DNA from: Octopus bimaculoides
Lineage: Eukaryota
DNA length: 43,933 nt
Assembly: GCF_001194135.2 (NCBI RefSeq)
Contig: NC_068982.1
Coordinates: 154,706,362-154,750,294, forward strand
Direction of reading: 5' to 3'
Shown in pieces: positions 1 through 13,519 of this stretch (its first letter is position 1; each line of letters begins with the position of its first letter). The notes beneath the pieces were generated by a model. That model worked only from the letters and a program-made list of their open reading frames with translations. It made no database searches and was not told the DNA's origin. Made by a program: the position numbers and the translations under genes.

Positions 1-94
1 TATATATATATATATATTCACACTTACACACACAATTACACACACATACCCACACACTTACACACACAATTACACACACACACACAAACATATC

Positions 95-174
95 AGGTGA
101 GGCTGTGTGGTAAGAAGTTTACTTCCCGACCACATGGTTCCAGAGTCAGTTCCGCTGCGTAACACCTCGGCACA
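95..174 (+). mobile_element. tRNA-derived SINE family B, 5' head fragment (CORE-like start)
   Basis: GTGTGGTAAGAAGTTT..CCCGACCACATGGTTCC..GTCAGTTCCGCTGCG..ACACCTCGGGCA. A/B-box-like head; its reverse complement recurs in decayed form at ~18490-18545. Confidence 0.6.
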
Positions 175-519
175 TTATGCCCCGATTGGTTAATTCAGGG
201 AAAAAAATCATATCGCAGGTTAAAATAATCACGTGATAGTGGTTAAGGGGTCGTTTGAACAATAATTTTAAGGGCTATCAGCTGGAACCAAAATTATTTG
301 TTTTTTCTTTGTTTATGGGAGTTTGGGTTCAAATAACCAAATCAGGGCATATCGACCAAAATTGCCTTTTTGGTGTATTGCGGTTTAAAATGATTATCTG
401 CAAGATCTCGCCAGCTTTCAATCAAGGAAAACATACATGACAACTTAAGAAGAATGTCCATCATGTCGCATCCAGCAATTGTTCTTGTGTGTGTGTGAGA
501 GTCTGAGGATATCCCAAGC

Positions 520-712
520 ACCATCGGACAACCAGCATTGTTGTGTTTACGTCCTCATGATCTAGTTATTCAGCAAAAGTGACCGATAGAATAAGTACCA
601 CGCTTAAGACTAAATGTAAAAGTACTGGATGTCGATTCATTCGACAAAAATTCTTCAAGGCGGTGCCTCAACACAACCGTAGTCTAACGACTGTAGCGAG
701 TAAGAGATATTT
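520..712 (+). mobile_element. SINE family B, 3' half (decayed)
   Basis: GTGTTTACGTCC..GACCGATAGAATAAGTACCA..GTCGATTCATTCGAC..AGGCGGTGC; homologous to 17484-17651. Confidence 0.7.
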
Positions 713-1527
713 TTTATATATATGTATTCGTCCTTAGTCGAAAAACATCTGCTGTTATGTCCTGTTATTATTTTTATTTTGTTTTTATTGCATTTGTGTA
801 ACATTGATCGTTTTCTTTCCCGTCTTTGTTTTTGTATACATTCACTGCTTTCTTCCAAGGAATCTAATGCTCTTAGCTTAGTTTTTCCTTGGGGCTGGCC
901 AGATTGGAGCAATATCGAGAATAACCAGCCGAAATTGCAAAGATAATCTGGATCTCGACTGAGGAAAGACAACTCCGAATGACCTGTCCTTGTTTTCTTT
1001 GTATCATCTATGTGGATGTCTTGTTGTCCCTTTTTTGTATCACCTAACTGTCTGGATATATATATATATATATATATATATTTGCATATGCTTCTATACT
1101 TAGGAAACAACTTTTACATATGATATTTTGAAAACAACGACTTTCTCCTTATGTAATCTTTTGTTTTAGGTGTTTTACNNNNNNNNNNNNNNNNNNNNNN
1201 NNNNNNNNNNNNNNNNNNNNNNNNNNNNNNNNNNNNNNNNNNNNNNNNNNNNNNNNNNNNNNNNNNNNNNNNNNNNNNNNNNNNNNNNNNNNNNNNNNNN
1301 NNNNNNNNNNNNNNNNNNNNNNNNNNNNNNNNNNNNNNNNNNNNNNNNNNNNNNNNNNNNNNNNNNNNNNNNNNNNNNNNNNNNNNNNNNNNNNNNNNNN
1401 NNNNNNNNNNNNNNNNNNNNNNNNNNNNNNNNNNNNNNNNNNNNNNNNNNNNNNNNNNNNNNNNNNNNNNNNNNNNNNNNNNNNNNNNNNNNNNNNNNNN
1501 NNNNNNNNNNNNNNNNNNNNNNNNNNN

Positions 1528-1572
<45 letters not shown>

Positions 1573-2348
1573 TGTGTGCGTGCGCTCTATGTAAGCAGAT
1601 GTGTCTTTGGAAGTGAGAGAAAGTATGCGTGTGATGTTGAGACATTATTTTCACACAACGCACTTACAGCTTTACTTTTTGGCATTAACGGGGAAATTAA
1701 TTGCGCGTGCATTGCTACACGAGATGTCCTTGTAGATACTACGGATACAGATCTTTAACTTAAAACGACGTATGCGTTGTGATTGCTATTACATCAACCA
1801 TTGCCACTCCATTTTCTGTTTAAGCCAATGAAGAGCAGCGTTCATGAATCTATTATTTTGTAAAGGTATTTTTTCATATACTTTATATGACACTTGGTGC
1901 ATCTCACGGGCTTTATCTTTCCAAAAAGATTATTTATCTACTTAAACATTAGTTTCTTTTGCTATGCACAGTTTGCTTCTTGGCTCAAGACCAGAGAATA
2001 CTTACATTTTGAACATACAATTATTATTTACTACACACACAATTGAGAACATTCCTAATACAATGTTGACCAATTGGGGCTGAATTTCATGACTGGTGTT
2101 AGAATTAAATCACTTATCCATCTCAACACCAACCAGTCTCTCATCATTGATTGTCTGTTGCTGATAACGGTTTACTCACGTACCTCATGTCTAACATAAA
2201 TATCAATGCCAGATTTAATGATGAGTTATTGATATTTAGCAAATTTTCTTCTGACTTTTAGCACATTCACTTCATTACCCAAACAGCTACATTAAATATC
2301 TATATACTGATAATACCTACAATATTAATAAACAGAGTCGAAATCTAG

Positions 2349-2414
2349 ATATATTTCAAAGCAACATATCATATATTTCAAAGCAACATATCATATATTT
2401 CTAAGCAACATATT
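2349..2414. repeat. 22-bp minisatellite, 3 copies
   Basis: ATATATTTCAAAGCAACATATC x2 perfect, plus a third copy with two changes. Confidence 0.9.
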
Positions 2415-4334
2415 CGATATCAAAATATCATCTTCTGTATCTCATCGAGACTAAATATAGTAACTACAGTCTCTTAAAAGTGATGAAATCTAAAGCTTCT
2501 TAACAGAAATATATACTTCAGATGAGTTGGACATATAGTGTGTAAGGAAGTTCAAAAGTAAATTTTGTAGGATCAAATCATCGCATTGAACATACTTGTC
2601 TAACCAAGCATTCTGCTCGGTTCAAGACCAGTTTCAAAGAAGACATAAATCACGCATAAATAAATGCCGACTCAAGTGGTGTGTGGATGTATGTTTTGTG
2701 CTGTAATGCAATCGACTCAGAGTTGCCACAAAGCGCAGAGAACCGTGCTAAATTGAGAATAGTTGTAGACACAGCATACGTATGCGCTTCATGTAGTTTA
2801 TAGGTTGATCAAAAATGTACTCTTTATATGCATCTCCATAGTTACAGCTACAATGGATCGATCAGTCGCGATCACCTTATCTGTAGATAGTACATAAACA
2901 CAAAAGCTAAAGAAAATGAATAGTATATAATCACAAAAACTAAAGAAAAGTAAAACAAGAAAAGAAACCAAACTCACAAGAAGTTAGTATAATCAGCAGT
3001 AAATATAACACCTAGAGACTAAACAAATTGCTAATTTGGCTTACAAATATGAATATGAAGGAATGAGACTTCGTTGAGGCAGGTGTTAAAAAGGTGTTGG
3101 AATTATAAGACTAGCGCTGTTCCTTATCATACGATATACATTGTAATGTAATAAATACTTCTTATGTTTTGAGTGGCCTTTTGAACGGCTGGCGTTAGCT
3201 CTAGTTTCATCATATGAAGAGGATCTGAAACAAATTAACTGCTTCTTAAATCAGTTGTCGGTTTATTGTGCTTAATATGCAACTACCCTCAAAAGATAGG
3301 TCACTGAAAGATAAATACTCTGCCCCAGAACACATTGGGATTTGCATCTGATCGCAACAAACGATCTCTGGGCAATTAATTACATTAAATACAACGCCTA
3401 TTTAACCATGTACCTCCTCGGTCTACAAATGCTCATGTAATAATGCCAGCAGTTTGTTGTGTTATTTTATTGATATAATATACTCAACTATCACGACACT
3501 GACAATTACGTAAAAAGATGCAATACATGAAAACAAGACAAGCTAAAGAGCCTATATCACTCTCACGTTGTACAAAAGCCAAACTTCAACTCGTGAAGAT
3601 TAGCCAATGCTAGAAATATCAGACAAATATTCTTTAAATAATACCTTACAATCTTAAAAATATAACATATAGGTTAATGTTGTTCCACATATCCTATGCG
3701 GGCAAAAAGGACACAACAGCAACGCCTTTGATCAGAGATCTTCTCGGTCAAGGCCTACTAGCGTTTGACCACAATACATAACGATATTGCATGCAATATT
3801 ACCCTAAAACAATTCCATTAACGTCAATCAACTGATTACGACAAACCATAAAATGAACACCTTTAAAGCAAGTTTAGAAGTGTGTAAACGATATATGTGA
3901 TTTAATGGTCGTATACCGTGATGATAAAATCAAATAAAGTTGAAATGTAGTTACATTACTTCTGCGGAAAACAGTAATGTAACGACACAAACTCCGAAAT
4001 TGTAATTGATATTATGAGAAGTTAATATTGAAGTGGTTAACCTAGTATAGCTGTGCCTTAAACAATAGTAGTACCCAAAATATGTGTGTGAAAGAAAGAA
4101 ATAGGGAGGGAGAAATAGCGTTCATGTATGTGTGCGCGTTTACGAATATGTATGGCCCTGTGTATGTGCGTGCGCTCGCGCGCGCGTGTGTATTTATAAT
4201 CATTATGAATTCTTTCTATAGAGAAGGTGCTGGTTTCAACAAAAAGCAAAGCTCGGCCTCAGTAATTAACATAACAACAATAATAAAGATACAAATTGAA
4301 GTTGATAAAATTCCTGCCTATTTTTATTGTCCCA

Positions 4335-5000
4335 CGTGCAGACTGCATTTGCAAAGTGTCTGATAACCCCATTTAGTGACATAACCAATTGTACCAATAA
4401 TTACGTGTACAACAGTAAATATATAATCTGGGTACAAGGCGTAGGTTTTGAAGCTGTTGTCCAAAATTTTTCTTCCTCATTTCTTTCTGACTTTAAAGAA
4501 ATTTTCACATCTGCGGGACAGCTGACCTCTATAACTGTATAATTAAAATGCTTTTTAGGCCTGTTATGTTTGCATTTGGTTGAAGTTTTGATGGAAATGT
4601 TCCCTCAATATGCGTTGTGTTGAAACCTATGTATATACTCAAGATGAGAAATATTTTCTATATTTATCTCAAGGCAATCATTCCTACATATGGCATTTTA
4701 TATTGTTTTAGCTACATCATGCCCCATTGGAAGATAATATCTTAACGACATTTTTGGGCAGCTGCTGATCATATGTGTGCTATCTTTCACAGAAATGTGC
4801 CATAATCGACATTTTCGGTCGCATCTTGGGTTTTTAAGCGTTTCACTGTTGCTTTTCTTGAATAGGCATGTAGCTATCTCCTGATCTGGGATTTCAAAAG
4901 CATTATATTCACAACGTGCCGTGATATAAATGACCGAGCCCAAGAGAATCTACACTTCCTGTCAATATTAGTATCCGTTGAGAAAATGTTTTATTGCAAG
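4335..5000 (-). mobile_element. R4/Dong-clade non-LTR retrotransposon, C-terminal fragment (CCHC knuckle + restriction-like endonuclease), pseudogenised
   Basis: Minus-strand translation with frameshifts: NIDRKCRFSW..EYNAFEIPDQEIAT..CDRKCRLWH..THMISSCPKMSLRYYLPMGHDVAKTI..IKTSTKCKHNRP..TVIEVSCPADV..IIGTIGYVTK. Colinear with the copy at 35015-35760. Confidence 0.85.
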
Positions 5001-5397
5001 CTATGTTATTCAAAGAAGGGAATTCCTCGATGCTAATGCGATGGAATTCGTAATCGTTCTAGAAATGAGCTAATATAAGCCATGGACTAATTAATTATTC
5101 AATTCAAAAGAAATTCCAGGTTAACTCTTGGTATTTTCTTTATTACTTAGCATCACATAAATTCTCGTGATAAGAGAGGAAGATATTCAAGAAGATTTAG
5201 AAGTATTACTAAGTTTATATATAAATATAGTCATTTATGTGTTGTCTGCACAGTGGGATAACTGTTATAGTATTACACGCAGTTTTATGTTGAATAATGC
5301 CTTTAAATGAGGAAAGTTTCAATAATAAAACAGTTTATTCAACATAAGCACTATTTATCGCAATTGAAACCTGGGTGCGCTATCCAACCAATTCCTA

Positions 5398-7480
5398 ATA
5401 GATCGTCAGCCTGAACCTAAGCAGCTTGATATCGATCTCCGCTCCCCAGTGATCACCCAAGAATGGAAACATTGATTTAAGATTTTTGCGAATTTCTTTC
5501 CGGTTCTAGTTCAAAACAATATGAAGAAACGTTTGTATCGCCAAAGGAGTACCAATATAAATGTTAATGTTTCTCACAAACGCAATACGCGAAAGCTACT
5601 GATGATATTTTTGCACGCTGTCTTCTTACAACTCGGTGAAAGCATGTCAAGGAATTTTTACAGGATGCCTGCAGCCCTTAAGAACTTTAAGGATTGTAAA
5701 GATTATAATTTTCAGTTTGTGAATGCATATTGAATATGTAAAGAGTCAATTGGAGATGCCTTCACAGTAGCTTGGAATCGTCATTGATCTAAACAGCGTT
5801 TATTGGAAAGTACAGCTTTAGATTTGTCAACCAGACTTTATCAACCAAAAGATCTTGATTCAGCTAATACAAGTTAAAGTTACTATAGTATGCAGTTAAA
5901 CCATTCAATTGAAACTACTACATCTGACCAAGCTTGTGCTTTGTGGAAACTGGGTGTCATAAGTGTGACAAAAAAGAGACCATCTTGCTTCAGTGTGTCG
6001 TGCTACTATTTTTATCAGCCATCACCACTATCGTTATTTCAACTAATCAATCAATGTTGGCAATAATGACTCCAGCTGCTACCCTGGGAGTATAATCGAA
6101 AGTATGTTTGAAGCTAGACTTCAAATGATCTAAAGTAGATGAATGGTTTAATATATAATGATAGTTCCTAAAGTTTTATCTACTTTCAGCGCTGTTTCTA
6201 TGGTTACAACTTCACTTTCTATGCAAATCTGATGGTCTAGCATGATGCGTCTCAAAGTAAACGGCTCAAAATATTGTATTGTTCACCTGTCTGTACTTCC
6301 TCAGCTTTATTTTGAGATTGTTCTTGGGTAGGACTTTCAGAAGATATTAACATTATAATGTTAATATATGACGTGTGGTGGTGGTGGGGCAGTAAATCTC
6401 CATATTTGTGGATTTAACACTTTATATGTTAATCCTTTAGCCTCATCTGATAATCTGACGTGTGATTATCATCCTATAACGGCTGAATCCTGTAGTTACT
6501 TTCCTTCAGAACTATCGATATATCATATAAGATTGCTCACCTACCAAGTATTTGATATAGGTGAACTCCATAGTCCCTACCAGCGAATTTTAATTAGAAA
6601 TAAAGACAATCAATACTTAACATTCTAGGCTGGAAGAAGCCTTTACCAGTTTGCTTGAGTTTTTTTTTAAACTTTCAACGCATCATTTATTCGACTGTCA
6701 CAGAAGAATAAAAACTAGTTAGAAATTTGCATACTGGGACAATGTTGATGTTTGTGGTATCACACAGAAAGATCGCGTCAAAAGTTCCATGCGGACGCGA
6801 AAAGAAGGAATTGGTTCAGAGAGAAAATTTATATTTTCAAGTGAAAGACTAAACATCTTTGGTTATGAAACTGGAAATGGAGAGATGTGTCTAAGTCTAC
6901 ATCAGCTCCAACCACTGAGTAATTTATCTGTTTCTTGGAATATTGATCAATTTCTGAACTTTTTGGCGTTTTTCTTCATCATTCTCAGATTTCGCAAGGT
7001 TTATTCCTCGAGTATCACAAATTCATTTCCTGTGACAAAGGAGGCAAAAATGATGTTTTATAAATACAAACAGGAAAATTGAAGAATCATTAGTAAAGGC
7101 TATCGATGAGCTCATACCACTGGAAGTTGAGACGTTTACGTCCGATTGCTGTTGCAATTGTTCTCAATTAAAATGATTGTTCAGGATCCTGCTTTGCACA
7201 AAAATTTTAGCCCTACTACCACCAGAAAAAATTACAATGTTTCGATTGAAAGGAATACATTTGGTATTACTAAAGAGATTCGAAACCAGTACCGTATTAT
7301 TTGATGAGTAAGCTTTTAAAATATGTGCAAGTATGTCTTTTTTGCCTTAAAGCAGCGTAAAACCTCAACGAATCTGTTGCAAATTTTGCTCTGCGGTCCA
7401 AATGCATTCCAGAAAACCCCGTGGATAAAAAAGGAAAGATAAAACGACATCCGTGGGCCCCCTTCGTGTAAAACAAGAAA
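5398..7480 (+). mobile_element. Ty3/Gypsy LTR retrotransposon internal region (gag, protease, RT, RNase H), heavily decayed; integrase and LTRs not found
   Basis: Gag start IDRQPEPKQLDIDLRSP..EWKH*FKIFANF (5398). Knuckle CHKCDKK-DHLASVCR across a frameshift (5955-5998). Protease-like LIYNDSS*SFI (~6145). RT: YQVFDIGELHSPYQRILIRNKDNQYLTF*AGRSLYQF and FAYWDNVDVCG..IFSSERLNIFGY. RNase H: KIEESLVKAIDELIPLEVET..IAVAIVLN. Confidence 0.8.
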
Positions 7481-8565
7481 GATTCAAGAACGAGGGTACG
7501 GAAACACTAAGTGCCATAATGTAGTGTTAGTGGAAGAAAGAAGGAGCAAAAACAGTGAGTAGCAGTGTTAGTGGAAGTTACAGAAACATTCTGCAATATG
7601 TCGTCAGTTTCTGACGTCAGACAGCGATTTTCTACTTCAGTCACTCTTTAATAATTTTATCCGTCAACTTTCACTTTCTCTCTCTTCAATTTTATTCTCG
7701 CCCTCTCTCTTTTAAACACATACACACATACATACATACATACATACATACATACANNNNNNNNNNNNNNNNNNNNNNNNNNNNNNNNNNNNNNNNNNNN
7801 NNNNNNNNNNNNNNNNNNNNNNNNNNNNNNNNNNNNNNNNNNNNNNNNNNNNNNNNNNNNNNNNNNNNNNNNNNNNNNNNNNNNNNNNNNNNNNNNNNNN
7901 NNNNNNNNNNNNNNNNNNNNNNNNNNNNNNNNNNNNNNNNNNNNNNNNNNNNNNNNNNNNNNNNNNNNNNNNNNNNNNNNNNNNNNNNNNNNNNNNNNNN
8001 NNNNNNNNNNNNNNNNNNNNNNNNNNNNNNNNNNNNNNNNNNNNNNNNNNNNNNNNNNNNNNNNNNNNNNNNNNNNNNNNNNNNNNNNNNNNNNNNNNNN
8101 NNNNNNNNNNNNNNNNNNNNNNNNNNNNNNNNNNNNNNNNNNNNNNNNNNNNNNNNNNNNNNNNNNNNNNNNNNNNNNNNNNNNNNNNNNNNNNNNNNNN
8201 NNNNNNNNNNNNNNNNNNNNNNNNNNNNNNNNNNNNNNNNNNNNNNNNNNNNNNNNNNNNNNNNNNNNNNNNNNNNNNNNNNNNNNNNNNNNNNNNNNNN
8301 NNNNNNNNNNNNNNNNNNNNNNNNNNNNNNNNNNNNNNNNNNNNNNNNNNNNNNNNNNNNNNNNNNNNNNNNNNNNNNNNNNNNNNNNNNNNNNNNNNNN
8401 NNNNNNNNNNNNNNNNNNNNNNNNNNNNNNNNNNNNNNNNNNNNNNNNNNNNNNNNNNNNNNNNNNNNNNNNNNNNNNNNNNNNNNNNNNNNNNNNNNNN
8501 NNNNNNNNNNNNNNNNNNNNNNNNNNNNNNNNNNNNNNNNNNNNNNNNNNNNNNNNNNNNNNNNN

Positions 8566-8629
<64 letters not shown>

Positions 8630-8819
8630 TGTAGCAAGTTAGTCATTAAGTTTAACAGCTTAAATTCTTCGCAGCGTTTTGTAAGCTTTATAATCAATAA
8701 GCAGCACGCCATAGAAATAAAATGACAAGCTAGCCAAAATGTTCCTCCCCTATGTCTTTGCAGAGGTTTCGCTCGTTCAGTAGTCTTAGCGTGACATGGA
8801 GCATCATTGGGGACTGAGA

Positions 8820-9450
8820 ACATCTGAGGATTTCAGCTATCCAGCTTCGAGCAGTTCAGTAATGTATTTATTTTGCTGGTGTTATTTAGTCGAGATTGTC
8901 TTAGATATAAGATGATATTCAACAACTCATAAGCATCTCATCATATTCTGTTCTTAGAGACTGTCAATATCACTATTTCTGTTAAAGTTTCCAAGTGATA
9001 TCAGGATTTTGAAGATTTTACAATAGACAGAGCGCATTTCCTCTGTAGACTAGTGAAGTATCCGAAATATTGATTCCACTACTCGTACTGCAAATCCATT
9101 TTGAGATAATGTCGTATCATAAGAAAAGAGTTTCGACTGCCATAAGACAGGTATAGTATTCTTTGATAACTCTGTCTTTGTTCAGAGCACATTTGTATGA
9201 GATATTTTCGTTAATACGTAGCAGTTTGTAACATTCACTGTATGGAACAAGAGAAATAGAGACCATTGATGTAAAGGTTTGAGATTTGGGAAACAATTTT
9301 CCCGCATTCAGTTATCAAATATAAACGTGTTTTCACCAAATTCCATCCCTATATCTACCGAAAATGTTATTAAATCCAGCTGTTTCACAGCATTCTAAAT
9401 ATTTCCGATATAGGTCTATAGAACAGCCACAAGAAATTATACGTTAGACT
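8820..9450 (-). mobile_element. R4/Dong-clade non-LTR retrotransposon, RT C-terminal/thumb fragment
   Basis: Minus-strand translation: KQLDLITFSVDIGMEFGE..ECYKLLRINENISY..NKDRVIKEYY..NGFAVRV..LGNFNRNSDIDSL. Matches the recalled R4 motifs FS.DIGM.FG..KC, YKYLG and NSD.DRLY. Confidence 0.8.
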
Positions 9451-10211
9451 TGTATTTCTTGTTGTAGATCAGAGCACACATAACCACTGCATACTTATAA
9501 AATCAATGAAAGTGTACACACACACACACACACACATACACACACACACATACACACACACACGCACGCACGCACGCACACACACACATACACATACATA
9601 CACACACACATACACACACACACNNNNNNNNNNNNNNNNNNNNNNNNNNNNNNNNNNNNNNNNNNNNNNNNNNNNNNNNNNNNNNNNNNNNNNNNNNNNN
9701 NNNNNNNNNNNNNNNNNNNNNNNNNNNNNNNNNNNNNNNNNNNNNNNNNNNNNNNNNNNNNNNNNNNNNNNNNNNNNNNNNNNNNNNNNNNNNNNNNNNN
9801 NNNNNNNNNNNNNNNNNNNNNNNNNNNNNNNNNNNNNNNNNNNNNNNNNNNNNNNNNNNNNNNNNNNNNNNNNNNNNNNNNNNNNNNNNNNNNNNNNNNN
9901 NNNNNNNNNNNNNNNNNNNNNNNNNNNNNNNNNNNNNNNNNNNNNNNNNNNNNNNNNNNNNNNNNNNNNNNNNNNNNNNNNNNNNNNNNNNNNNNNNNNN
10001 NNNNNNNNNNNNNNNNNNNNNNNNNNNNNNNNNNNNNNNNNNNNNNNNNNNNNNNNNNNNNNNNNNNNNNNNNNNNNNNNNNNNNNNNNNNNNNNNNNNN
10101 NNNNNNNNNNNNNNNNNNNNNNNNNNNNNNNNNNNNNNNNNNNNNNNNNNNNNNNNNNNNNNNNNNNNNNNNNNNNNNNNNNNNNNNNNNNNNNNNNNNN
10201 NNNNNNNNNNN

Positions 10212-10273
<62 letters not shown>

Positions 10274-11220
10274 CGACAAGCAGTCAAACACTCCGACACT
10301 GCACGTTGCGGGTTATTCAGAGGGTAAGCGTCGGTCATACACGTAAAGATTGTGTAACGTATATCATTTGAATAATACACAGTCACCTAACTGTAGTAAT
10401 TTAAATGTAACTAATCTATGAAATTGTTTAGGACACATATGCACATACGCATTCATATATTTATGTGTGTATATATATTCATGTACATACATATGTGTAT
10501 GTTTATGAATGTATTACTAGATAGATAGAGATAGAGAGAGGGAGAGATAGATTGGTAGATAGATACATACATACATACATACATACATACATACATACAT
10601 ACATACATAACAAGGAATGGTCTCATTGATACGCAGAGAAAAGTCAGGCAGGTAAACAGATGTAAGAAAGAATAAATAGAAAGGGAAAAGTAAGATCAAT
10701 GAAAATGAGAAGGAAAGAGAGAAAATAATGTTAGAATATTTTCAAACAAATTTTAAGCGTTTAAAACTTGACAAAAAAAATTAATTAATTTTAAAATGAT
10801 ATACCGCAAGGGGTGTCCAATTGGAAAGCCATTGAAAATTTGTGAGGTAAGTCAAGTGTTATAATAAAAAGTTAATACGGAATAGCAACATGTATGTATT
10901 TACACCGTGAAGATACCAAGATGCGATCATGTGTTATATCTTCAAGGTGATTGAAATCAAAATCTTTAAATATATTTTTCATCATGCATAAGTTATTCCG
11001 GTTTTTCAAATTTTGCATTAAGATGAATCAATATTTTTTTATGTGTATAAATCACATTTCTGCCATGGCCCGGGATGATTTCAAGATTCTCTTTCTGACC
11101 CTGTCTTTCAGGGATAGCTGGAAAGCTTACTCGTGTCATGGCTTTCGATATTTCTGAAATTAGACGGGAGTTTGAAGTGACGCGTATTAAAATGTCTTTC
11201 AGTCAACTCTTTTGATAAGA

Positions 11221-11437
11221 TTGGTTTCAAATTTTGGAACAAAGCCAGCAAGTTCAGGGTAGGGGATAAGTCGATTACATCGATCTCAGTGCTCAACTGG
11301 TACTTATTTTATCGACCCCGAAGGGTAGAAAGGCAAAGTCGACTTCTATGAAATTTGACCTCAGAACGCAAAAATGGACAAAATGCAGCTAAAAGTTTTG
11401 CCAGGTGTGCAAACGATTTTGCCAGTTCACTGCTTTA
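11221..11437 (-). mobile_element. tRNA-derived SINE family A
   Basis: Reverse complement of the family motif GTCGACTTTGCCTTTCATCCTTTCGGGGTCGATAAAATAAGTACCAGTTGAGCACTG..GTAATCGACT. Confidence 0.85.
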
Positions 11438-11464
11438 TATCACTTGATAATATTACCACTGTTG

Positions 11465-11600
11465 GCCACCGAGGTCGACTTTGCCTTTCATAATTTCGGG
11501 ATCTATAAAATAAGTACCAGCTGAGCACTGGGTTCAGTGTAATCGACTTCTCGTCTCCTAATATTACTGGCATTGTACTAAAATTTGAAACCAATATAAC
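11465..11600 (+). mobile_element. SINE family A, 5'-truncated, inverted relative to the adjacent copy
   Basis: CCGAGGTCGACTTTGCCTTTCAT..AAATAAGTACCAGCTGAGCACTGGG..AATTTGAAACCAAT. Confidence 0.85.
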
Positions 11601-12100
11601 CATTGATGGGATTTAAATGCTCAATTTCCGCTTGCTAGATAATGGCTCCGTGTGTTTTAAAGTTTCTACATTCATTTTTCTGCCAGCACCAGAGCCTTCA
11701 GGCACAGTTGCGTTTTGCCTGCTATATTTTTCATGGTGGTGGTACTACTAATAATAAAGAGGTCATGTCTCTTGAGTAACTTCATCTATCCGTGGTTAAA
11801 GAAAACATGCTGTAAAAAGGTTTTTAACTGTATTAGACTGTGTTAATTATATTAATAGCGGGTTGCCTTGTGAAAAGTATATTTTTGCAAAGTTCGATAT
11901 TTTTCTACAATTCTGTATCGACGAAGATTAGTCTCTCGTTCAGTTACTTCTAATGCTTCTATGGTTTGATGCCAAGGTTAACAGTGAGAGCTAACAAATT
12001 AACTAATATTATGTGCAATATTCGCTCCTGTTATATATAAACACACATGCATACAAGTACACACACACACATACATTATATATATATATATGTATGTATG

Positions 12101-12132
<32 letters not shown>

Positions 12133-12142
12133 NNNNNNNNNN

Positions 12143-12184
<42 letters not shown>

Positions 12185-12660
12185 ACCACATTCGAGCATA
12201 TAGGTCCAAAGCAAGGCGGATAAAATAGGACTCCAATACCTAGAGCAAAATATAGTCCTCTATTGGTGCCGAAAGAACTCACAAACTCTTACTCAGATTT
12301 TCACATAAAAAAATGCACACATACACACATATACACGCCCATACCCATTCCCCACCCCACCCCTACCTGGGTTTACTGTAATATTTTCAGTTATGAACTC
12401 ACAGATACACAAATTACAAGACAATAAACTATAGAATATAGTAGTATGCAAAAACAATTGGAGTGTGAGTCTGATTTTTACAGAAAACCGTTGGGATGGT
12501 GTCAAGTTTCTTGGTGATAGCATCAACAGTTAGACTGTGGTTTATTACATTTAAAATGTCTAGCGTGTGTTAGCCAAGGGGCTATTCGTTTGGTAAACAT
12601 TTACTTTGACTGATTCCGAATTGACAAACTACACATTCTTTCAATATCGCTAATTGCGAT

Positions 12661-12882
12661 AAGGCGGCGAGCTGGCAGAAACGTTAGCAGACCGGGCGAA
12701 ATAATTAGTGGTATTTCGTCTATGTCTACGTTCTGAGTTCAAATTCCGCCGTTGTCGACTTTGCCTTTCATCCTTTCGGGGTCCATAAATTAAGTACCAG
12801 GTTGCGTACTCGGGTTGACCTAATCGACTGGACCCCTCCCCTAAAATTACAGGCCTTTGTGCCTAGAGTAGAAAAGAATATT
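12661..12882 (+). mobile_element. SINE family A, full length
   Basis: Head GGCGGCGAGCTGGCAGAAACGTTAGC, B-box-like GAGTTCAAATTCC, central GTCGACTTTGCCTTTCATCC domain, tail GTGCCTAGAGTAGAAAAGAAT. Imperfect flanking repeat ATTG(C/T)GATA. Confidence 0.9.
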
Positions 12883-13519
12883 GTGATAGGTTAACAGTTG
12901 GAATTTAAGCTTTAAATTAAAACGCGATGGAGTTCAAACTTGAACATCAGAAGTTAAATATTGAAACAATATATAAATATATTTTATAAAATATAATTGA
13001 GCGTTGGTCATTTAAAGTAAATAAAATATCACTACGTTTAAAAATGCTAAAATTGGGATTAAAGACAACTCAAGAACCGGGTGCACGAAATACTTTTGAC
13101 TTTCCTTGGCAAAATTTTAAGTTAGATTAAATATATTGTGCGTAGGTAACCGAGAAAGCTTACATTCGACAACAAATTTAATTTGTTAAATTCATTAATA
13201 AACCATGCAAGTCTGAAACTGTCACATTTAATTAATATGCATGTGCTTCATGTTATAAGAATGCATTGCATTTAAATTCGAGATCTAAAGTTTTGTCTGT
13301 GTTTTTTTTAAGCCATTGAGTTAAAGCTAAATACCTTAGAAATTGAATTTACAGCATAAGGTTCAAAGTTCCGCTCATTAATGTAATTAATTGAAATATA
13401 TTCATATACAGGCGGGTTTAAAGTAAGAAAGATATATTGCACTAAATATTAATAAAATGAAATAAAAATATATCTAACAATAGGTTAATAATTAGAAATT
13501 AAAAATATAATAGAAAAAT

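Noticed and set aside
655-1110. 151-aa minus ORF with a plausible-looking middle (RDPDYLCNFGWLF..)
   Set aside because: It starts in a (TA)n tract and ends in a SINE; no recognisable domain and only a weak donor.
3205-3245. ATGAAGAGGATCTGAAAC, hammerhead-like spacing
   Set aside because: No C3, no real helix II and no helix I complement.
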